Part shown: piece after piece, positions 58,824-64,000 of the stretch
How positions within the stretch are numbered: the first letter of the stretch is position 1
Layout: the number at the start of each line of letters is the position of its first letter
DNA from: Elusimicrobiaceae bacterium
GTDB taxonomy: Bacteria > Elusimicrobiota > Elusimicrobia > Elusimicrobiales > Elusimicrobiaceae
Length of the DNA: 64,000 bases
Reading direction: 5' to 3'
NCBI GenBank assembly: GCA_017534965.1
Contig: JAFXVA010000008.1
Location: forward strand, 75,409-139,408
The notes under the pieces: model-generated
Databases searched by the model: none
The model's input: only the letters and a program-made list of their open reading frames with translations
What the model was told of the DNA's origin: nothing
Position numbers and translations under genes: made by a program

Positions 58824-59399
58824 ATGAAATCATTAAAAGGAACTAAAACAGAAAAAAATATTTTAACAGCTTTTGCGGGGGAATCCCAAGCAAGAAACAG
58901 ATATACTTTCTTTGCCAGCGTTGCAAAAAAAGAAGGTTATGTTCAAATTTCTAAGGTTTTTGAAGAAACAGCAAACCAAGAAAAAGAACATGCAAAAAGA
59001 CTTTTTAAATTTTTAGAAGGCGGTGAGGTTGAAGTTACGGCTGCTTTCCCGGCCGGTGTTATTGGCACAACAGAACAGAATCTTCTTGCCTCTGCCGGTG
59101 GCGAAGATCATGAATGGCAGGAAATGTACCCCGAATTTGCCCAAGTTGCAAATGAAGAAGGTTTTAAAGAAATTGCTGCCGTAATGTTAAATATTGCCGT
59201 TGCGGAAAAACAACATTCCAAAAGATTTAAAGGTTTAAGAGATAATATCTTAAACAAAAAAGTTTTCAAAAAAGACCAAAAAGTAAGATGGGTTTGTGCA
59301 AACTGCGGTTTTGTTCACGAAGGAGACAGCGCACCTGAAAAATGCCCTGCTTGCGCACACGCACAAGCTTACTTTGAAGTTTTGGCAGAAAATTGGTAA
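58824..59399 (+). CDS. rbr: rubrerythrin
   Basis: 191 aa. Ferritin-like diiron ExxH motifs and a C-terminal rubredoxin-like CxxC...CxxC (CANCG, CPAC). Confidence 0.92.
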   Translation: MKSLKGTKTEKNILTAFAGESQARNRYTFFASVAKKEGYVQISKVFEETANQEKEHAKRLFKFLEGGEVEVTAAFPAGVIGTTEQNLLASAGGEDHEWQEMYPEFAQVANEEGFKEIAAVMLNIAVAEKQHSKRFKGLRDNILNKKVFKKDQKVRWVCANCGFVHEGDSAPEKCPACAHAQAYFEVLAENW

Positions 59400-59431
59400 A
59401 AAGCAGTCAAACTATAACTTGGGGGGTAGTT

Positions 59432-59953
59432 ATGTTAGACCATGTCAAAATAAAAGGGAAAGATTTTTCCCTTTTAGCTGGAACGCTTAAAACAGGCCAA
59501 AGCGCACCTGATTTTAAGTTAGTCAATACACATATGAACGATGTGTCCCTTAGTCATTATAAGGGGCACATTGTTATTTTAGCGACGGTGCCTTCTTTAG
59601 ATACGGAAACATGTTCGTTGGAAGCAAAACATTTTAATACAAGGGCCTCTTTACTTAGTAAGGAAATAAAAGTTATTATTGTTAGTAAAGATTTACCTTT
59701 TACACAGGAAAAATGGTGCCTTGCAAAAAGTGCAGATAATTTGGTAATGCTTTCTGCCTATAAAAACAATGATTTTGCTAAAACTTATGGCGTTTTTATA
59801 ACCCAACTTGAACTTTTGACAAGAGCCGTATTTATAATAGATAAAGAAGGCATTTTAAGATATATGCAATATGTGAAGAATATTGAAGAAGAGCCGGATT
59901 ATGAATCTGTTTTAGAAACAGCAAAAGATTTATTAAAGGAGAAAATACTATGA
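59432..59953 (+). CDS. tpx: thiol peroxidase (atypical 2-Cys peroxiredoxin Tpx)
   Basis: ATG at 59432 after [22 protein letters not shown] motif. 173 aa. Confidence 0.88.
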   Translation: MLDHVKIKGKDFSLLAGTLKTGQSAPDFKLVNTHMNDVSLSHYKGHIVILATVPSLDTETCSLEAKHFNTRASLLSKEIKVIIVSKDLPFTQEKWCLAKSADNLVMLSAYKNNDFAKTYGVFITQLELLTRAVFIIDKEGILRYMQYVKNIEEEPDYESVLETAKDLLKEKIL

Positions 59954-60330
59954 AAATAAATGATATATATAAATGTTCCGTATGCGGAAATGTCGTTGAA
60001 GTTGCTCATATAGGTGGCGGAGAACTTACCTGCTGCTCTAAACCCATGCAACAGCTTACAGCCAATACAGAAGAAGCTTCTACCGAAAAACATATCCCTG
60101 TTATTGAAAAAACAGCAAACGGATATTTGGTTAAGGTGGGCTCCGTTCCTCACCCGATGGAAGAAAAACATTATATTGAATTTATTGAAGTTTTCTCCCA
60201 AGACGGCAAAATTGGCCGTAAATATTTAAAACCCGGCGATAAACCCCAAGCGGAATTTTTATCTACCGGTGTAGAAATTGTTAAAGCAAGAATTTACTGC
60301 AATATTCACGGCTTGTGGGAGAGCAAATAA
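59950..60330 (+). CDS. dfx: desulfoferrodoxin (2Fe superoxide reductase)
   Basis: N-terminal desulforedoxin CxxC...CC ([11 protein letters not shown]...LTCCSKPM) and a C-terminal SOR domain ([12 protein letters not shown]). Confidence 0.9.
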   Translation: MKINDIYKCSVCGNVVEVAHIGGGELTCCSKPMQQLTANTEEASTEKHIPVIEKTANGYLVKVGSVPHPMEEKHYIEFIEVFSQDGKIGRKYLKPGDKPQAEFLSTGVEIVKARIYCNIHGLWESK

Positions 60331-60333
60331 ACT

Positions 60334-61524
60334 ATGCAAGCCCTAAAAATAACAGATAAAGTCTATTGGGTAGGCGCTATTGATTGGAATATCAGAGATT
60401 TCCACGGCTATACTACAGACGAAGGGACAACCTATAATGCTTTTCTTATTGTTGATGAAAAAATAGTTTTGGTTGATACCGTTAAACATGGCTTTTTTGA
60501 CCAAATGGCTGCGCGTATTAAAAGTGTTATAGGTGATAAAAAAATTGATATTCTTATTTCAAACCATTCTGAAATGGACCACACCGGCGTTATAAGAGAA
60601 ACTATTGCCGAGTTTAAACCTTCTAAAATCTATGCTTCTATGATGGGTGTTAAAACTTTACAGGAACATTTCGGCCTTATTGAAAACTTAGAGGGCGTTG
60701 CCGACGGCGCAGAAGTAAATATCGGCAAAGAAACTTTAGTTTTTATGGATTCAAAAATGCTGCACTGGCCGGAAAGCATGATTTGTTTAATGAAGAACGA
60801 AAACTTGCTTTTTTCTAATGACATTTTTGGTATGCACTATGCTTCAAACAAACATTTTGACGACGAAGTTCCGCAAGAAATTTGGTATAAAGAAGCAAAA
60901 AAATATTATGCCAATATCATTTTGCCTTATAGCAATATTGTTAAAGCGTTCTTGGCTAAAGTTAAAGCAAAAGGTCTTGCGCCGAAAATTATCTGCCCGG
61001 ACCACGGCATAATTTGGCGCAAAAACCCGCAACTTATTGTTGATTTATACGCCACCTTTGCCGAGCAAAAAGCCACCAAAAAAGCCCTTGTCATTTATGA
61101 TACTATGTGGGGCAGCACAGCCAAAATGGCAGCAAGTATTACCGACGGACTTTCAAGCAAAGGAATTGAAGTTAAAGAATTTTCTTTACGCGCTACAAAC
61201 AGAAGCGAAGTCGCTTCTGAAATTTTAGACAGCGCGGCTTTAATCGTTGGCACGCCGGTTTTAAATCAGGAAATGTATCCCTCACTCGGGGATACTTTAA
61301 CTTATTTAAAAGGACTTAAAAAAACAAATCTTTTAGGTATGGTTTTTGGCTCTTATGGTTGGAGTCCTATGGCAATTACAAATTTACAAAAATTTGTTGA
61401 AACTATGGGTGTTAAAATTGTCAAAGAACCTACAACAAGTAAATTTGTTCCGACGGAAGAAAAATTAAAAGAATGTTTTGAAGCCGGCGTTTTTATGGCA
61501 GAGGAAATTGGTAAAAATTTATGA
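60334..61524 (+). CDS. flavodiiron protein (FprA-type O2/NO reductase)
   Basis: Metallo-beta-lactamase-like N-domain with HSEMDH and a C-terminal flavodoxin domain (VIYDTMWGST). Confidence 0.9.
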   Translation: MQALKITDKVYWVGAIDWNIRDFHGYTTDEGTTYNAFLIVDEKIVLVDTVKHGFFDQMAARIKSVIGDKKIDILISNHSEMDHTGVIRETIAEFKPSKIYASMMGVKTLQEHFGLIENLEGVADGAEVNIGKETLVFMDSKMLHWPESMICLMKNENLLFSNDIFGMHYASNKHFDDEVPQEIWYKEAKKYYANIILPYSNIVKAFLAKVKAKGLAPKIICPDHGIIWRKNPQLIVDLYATFAEQKATKKALVIYDTMWGSTAKMAASITDGLSSKGIEVKEFSLRATNRSEVASEILDSAALIVGTPVLNQEMYPSLGDTLTYLKGLKKTNLLGMVFGSYGWSPMAITNLQKFVETMGVKIVKEPTTSKFVPTEEKLKECFEAGVFMAEEIGKNL

Positions 61525-62039
61525 TAGATACCCGCGCTTTAACAGATATGACATACGGCTTATTTATCGTCGGCGCACGAGAAGGCGAAAAGTTTAATGC
61601 TATGATAGCAAACTCCGTCTTTCAAGTTACCGCCGAGCCGCCAAAAATTGCTATTGCTTTAAATAAAAACTCTTTAACTCACGATTATATTAAGGCAACA
61701 GGTCTTTTTTGTGTTCAGGCAATAGCGCAAGAGGCAGATATGCTCTTTATTGGTAATTTTGGCTTTAGAACAGGCAAAAACTATGATAAATTTGCTAAAG
61801 TATCTTATAAGTTAAGTGCGCAAGGTTTGCCGGTAGTTTTGGATAATACTTTATCTTGGATGTCGGTAAAAGTGGGCCAAACAATAGATTTAGGCACACA
61901 TACTTTGTTTATCGGTCTTGTGGAAGATACCGAAATTATCAAAGAAGGCAAACCTTTAACTTATGATTATTATCAATGCGTTTTACGCGGCAAAACACCG
62001 CGCGGCGCCACAACATTTAAAGAAAATAAGGAGAAATAA
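61521..62039 (+). CDS. flavin reductase-like FMN-binding protein
   Basis: 172 aa. Flavin_Reduct pattern (YGLFIVGAREGEKFNAMIANSVFQVTAEPP). 4-nt overlap with the fprA-like gene. Confidence 0.8.
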   Translation: MIDTRALTDMTYGLFIVGAREGEKFNAMIANSVFQVTAEPPKIAIALNKNSLTHDYIKATGLFCVQAIAQEADMLFIGNFGFRTGKNYDKFAKVSYKLSAQGLPVVLDNTLSWMSVKVGQTIDLGTHTLFIGLVEDTEIIKEGKPLTYDYYQCVLRGKTPRGATTFKENKEK

Positions 62040-62042
62040 ATT

Positions 62043-62201
62043 ATGAAATATGTATGCGAAGTTTGCGGTTATGTCTATGACGAAAATATAGGCGATCCGG
62101 ATAACGGAATCCCTGCCGGCACAAAATGGGCCGATGTTAAAGCAGATTGGCATTGCCCCGTTTGCGGCGTAGATAAAACCCAATTTAAACCGGAAAATTA
62201 G
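62043..62201 (+). CDS. rubredoxin (52 aa; not in the supplied ORF track)
   Basis: My translation: [52 protein letters not shown]. Two CxxCG knuckles. ATG lies 3 nt after the upstream stop and GGAG precedes it. Confidence 0.9.
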   Translation: MKYVCEVCGYVYDENIGDPDNGIPAGTKWADVKADWHCPVCGVDKTQFKPEN

Positions 62202-62215
62202 TTTTTTCTGTTTTC

Positions 62216-62248
62216 AAAAAATTCCCTCGGTTAAACCGGGGGATTTTT
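62216..62248 (+). terminator. rho-independent terminator of the oxidative-stress operon
   Basis: CCCTCGG / CCGGGGG hairpin followed by ATTTTT. Confidence 0.65.
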
Positions 62249-62313
62249 ATATATAAACTTTCGGTAAAAATGTTAAAATATAAATATCTTTTATATCCAA
62301 AAGGAGATTTTAT

Positions 62314-63063
62314 ATGAAGAAAGTTATAACAATCGTAATTTCGCTCTTAATAATAGGAATTATTAATGGAATAAGTTTATTTACAAATAAAGATACTCTA
62401 ATACTTGAAGCATCTAAAAGAGATGATTATAAAAAAGTCGTAAGTTTGCTAAATAAAGGAGCAGACGTTAATGCTTTTTCAATAGATGGACAAACTCCTT
62501 TATTATTTGCTAGCCAAAACGGAAATTTAGAAATGGTTAAATATTTAGTAGAAAAAGGCGCCAATGTTAATGCTAAAAATAAAGGGGGAATAACGCCTTT
62601 AATGTGTGCTAGTGGTTATGGACATTTAGAAGAGGTAAAATATTTAGTGGAAAACAAGGCAAATGTTAACGATAAAGATAATGGCGGTTGGACTCCTTTA
62701 TTAGTTGCCAGCCAAAATGGTTATTCTGAAATAGCAAAATATTTAATAGAAAAAGGTGCAGATCTTAAAGCAGAAAGTAATGAGGGGATAACCCCGCTAG
62801 TAGGTTTTATTCTTAAAGGAGATTTAGACTCGTTAAAATATTTATTGGAACATGGTATTGATATTAACTATAAAGATAAAAATGGGGCTACACCATTGAT
62901 GATGGCTAGTGCTTTTGGAAAAATAGAAATAGTTAAATATTTAGTAGAAAAAGGAGCGGAAGTGAATATATTTGATTTATACGGACAAACCCCATTATTT
63001 ATTGCTAGCCAAGCAGGGCAATTAGAAGTTGTAAATTATTTAAAAGATCACGGGGCAAGATAA
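62314..63063 (+). CDS. ankyrin-repeat protein with N-terminal membrane anchor or signal
   Basis: Six consecutive ~33-aa ANK repeats (G.TPL..A...G..E.VKYL.EKGA.VN) after a hydrophobic N-terminus. Confidence 0.85.
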   Translation: MKKVITIVISLLIIGIINGISLFTNKDTLILEASKRDDYKKVVSLLNKGADVNAFSIDGQTPLLFASQNGNLEMVKYLVEKGANVNAKNKGGITPLMCASGYGHLEEVKYLVENKANVNDKDNGGWTPLLVASQNGYSEIAKYLIEKGADLKAESNEGITPLVGFILKGDLDSLKYLLEHGIDINYKDKNGATPLMMASAFGKIEIVKYLVEKGAEVNIFDLYGQTPLFIASQAGQLEVVNYLKDHGAR

Positions 63064-63083
63064 TTTTTCTTGTTTTGAGAATA

Positions 63084-63118
63084 AAAAAGCGCAGGGTATT
63101 TATTAACCTTGCGCTTTT
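63084..63118. terminator. bidirectional rho-independent terminator
   Basis: AAAAGCGCAGGGT / ACCTTGCGCTTTT hairpin between convergent genes. Confidence 0.7.
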
Positions 63119-63136
63119 GTCGTCGTAAAAAAAGAA

Positions 63137-64000
63137 TTATTTTTTCTTTGTTGCCAAATAACCCATTAAGCGATATAAGAGTTTTGAAACATTAAACTCT
63201 GTTATATGTTGCCCTTTAATGGGTGCTGTTTCCACGATATCAACGGCAACGATGTTTTTCTTTTGGCAAACGGCTTTAAATAATTTAAGTCCGTCATACC
63301 AAGTAAAACCGCCCGGTTGCGGGGTGCCTGTGCCCGGCACGACGCTTGGGTCAAAGCCGTCAACATCTATCGTCATATAAACGGTATCGGTTAAATTCTT
63401 TAACACTTGCGGTATTAATTTATTAATATCCAAGTTTTCGTGCATAAAGAAGGTTTTAACATTACCGGCGTTTACATATTGTTTTTCTTCAAGGCCGACG
63501 CTTCTGATACCAACTTGCACAACTTTAACTTTGCGTGAAGCAGGGTATAAAGCGCAAGCGTGCGAACGCTTATCGCCAAAATATTCTTCCCTTAAATCAG
63601 CGTGAGCGTCAAAATGTAAAACAGATAATTTTTTGCCGTATTTCTTGATATAAGGGTTAATTAACGCTTGCGAAATAGAATGTTCCCCCCCCAAATAAAA
63701 AGGTAGGGCTTTATATTTGTCCATAAAGTTTTGGACATATTTTTCTATTCTCTTAAAAACGGCTTCTTCAGAACCTTTACAATCAATACCTTTTAAAGTA
63801 TGGATGCCTTCTTTATAAGTTTCTGTTTTGGTTTCTTCGTCCCAAAGTTCAATTTGCGGGGAAGCATCAATAATTGCTTTAGGGCCGTCTTTTGTGCCTC
63901 CGCCGTAAGAAACGGTTCTTTCATAAGGCACGGGTATTACAGCAAAACGGGAAGACTCTAAAGGAGTCTGTCCCGTTTCAACTTCTAAAAAAAACTTCGC
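63137..64000 (-). CDS. speB: agmatinase / ureohydrolase family protein (5' end beyond the right edge of the window)
   Basis: GGEHSIS, HFDAHADL and DVDGFDPS Mn-binding motifs. The frame stays open upstream of the GTG at 63931 to nt 64000 (AKFFLEVETGQTPLESSRFAVIPVPYE). Confidence 0.85.
   Translation of the reverse strand, partial: AKFFLEVETGQTPLESSRFAVIPVPYERTVSYGGGTKDGPKAIIDASPQIELWDEETKTETYKEGIHTLKGIDCKGSEEAVFKRIEKYVQNFMDKYKALPFYLGGEHSISQALINPYIKKYGKKLSVLHFDAHADLREEYFGDKRSHACALYPASRKVKVVQVGIRSVGLEEKQYVNAGNVKTFFMHENLDINKLIPQVLKNLTDTVYMTIDVDGFDPSVVPGTGTPQPGGFTWYDGLKLFKAVCQKKNIVAVDIVETAPIKGQHITEFNVSKLLYRLMGYLATKKK

Overview
AT-rich bacterial chromosomal window with about 62 protein genes, 1 tRNA and no rRNA, CRISPR array, transposase or integrase. 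It spans the replication-origin neighbourhood: gyrA-gyrB-DUF721-dnaN-dnaA lie on the minus strand, and gene orientation switches at ~58.7 kb. Housekeeping content, left to right: rapZ (partial), a complete mannose-type PTS (IIA-IIB-IIC-IID) with ptsH and ptsI, lepA, tRNA-His, PPi-dependent phosphofructokinase, hrcA-grpE-dnaK-dnaJ with CIRCE operators, serS, envelope and LPS-type genes (kdsC-like, DegT aminotransferase, GT8/LtaS-like), obg, rplU-rpmA, mnmA, glmU-prs-ctc, mtaB-like and rsmE. To the right of the origin is an O2/ROS detoxification operon: rubrerythrin, tpx, desulfoferrodoxin, flavodiiron protein, flavin reductase, and a 52-aa rubredoxin missing from the ORF track. Three dispersed genes carry a prepilin-type N-terminal methylation signal. 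Together with the composition and the anaerobe gene set, this suggests an Elusimicrobium-like organism; that is inference and was not verified. Most interesting observations: (1) Two diverged copies of a ~230-300 nt structured leader RNA (12.65-12.88 kb and 29.25-29.55 kb) share one nested-stem architecture, with compensatory base changes. In both, an intrinsic terminator competes with one of the stems. I could not assign this riboswitch-like attenuator to any class I know. (2) A very AT-rich two-gene cassette with its own consensus promoter sits between rsmE and gyrA. It encodes a methyltransferase-fold TcmP-like protein and a three-Cys DUF5131 (phage Gp37/Gp68 family) protein, a recurrent pair with no established function. 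(3) Several gene-structure anomalies: a serS-TPR in-frame fusion, a truncated GT8 fused to an LtaS-like sulfatase, and a zincin gene whose signal peptide is out of frame across an A6/T6 tract. (4) A 539-aa pilin-like protein carries about 11 Cys-x(7-11)-Cys repeat units. All product calls rest on motif recognition in the supplied translations; no database search was run.
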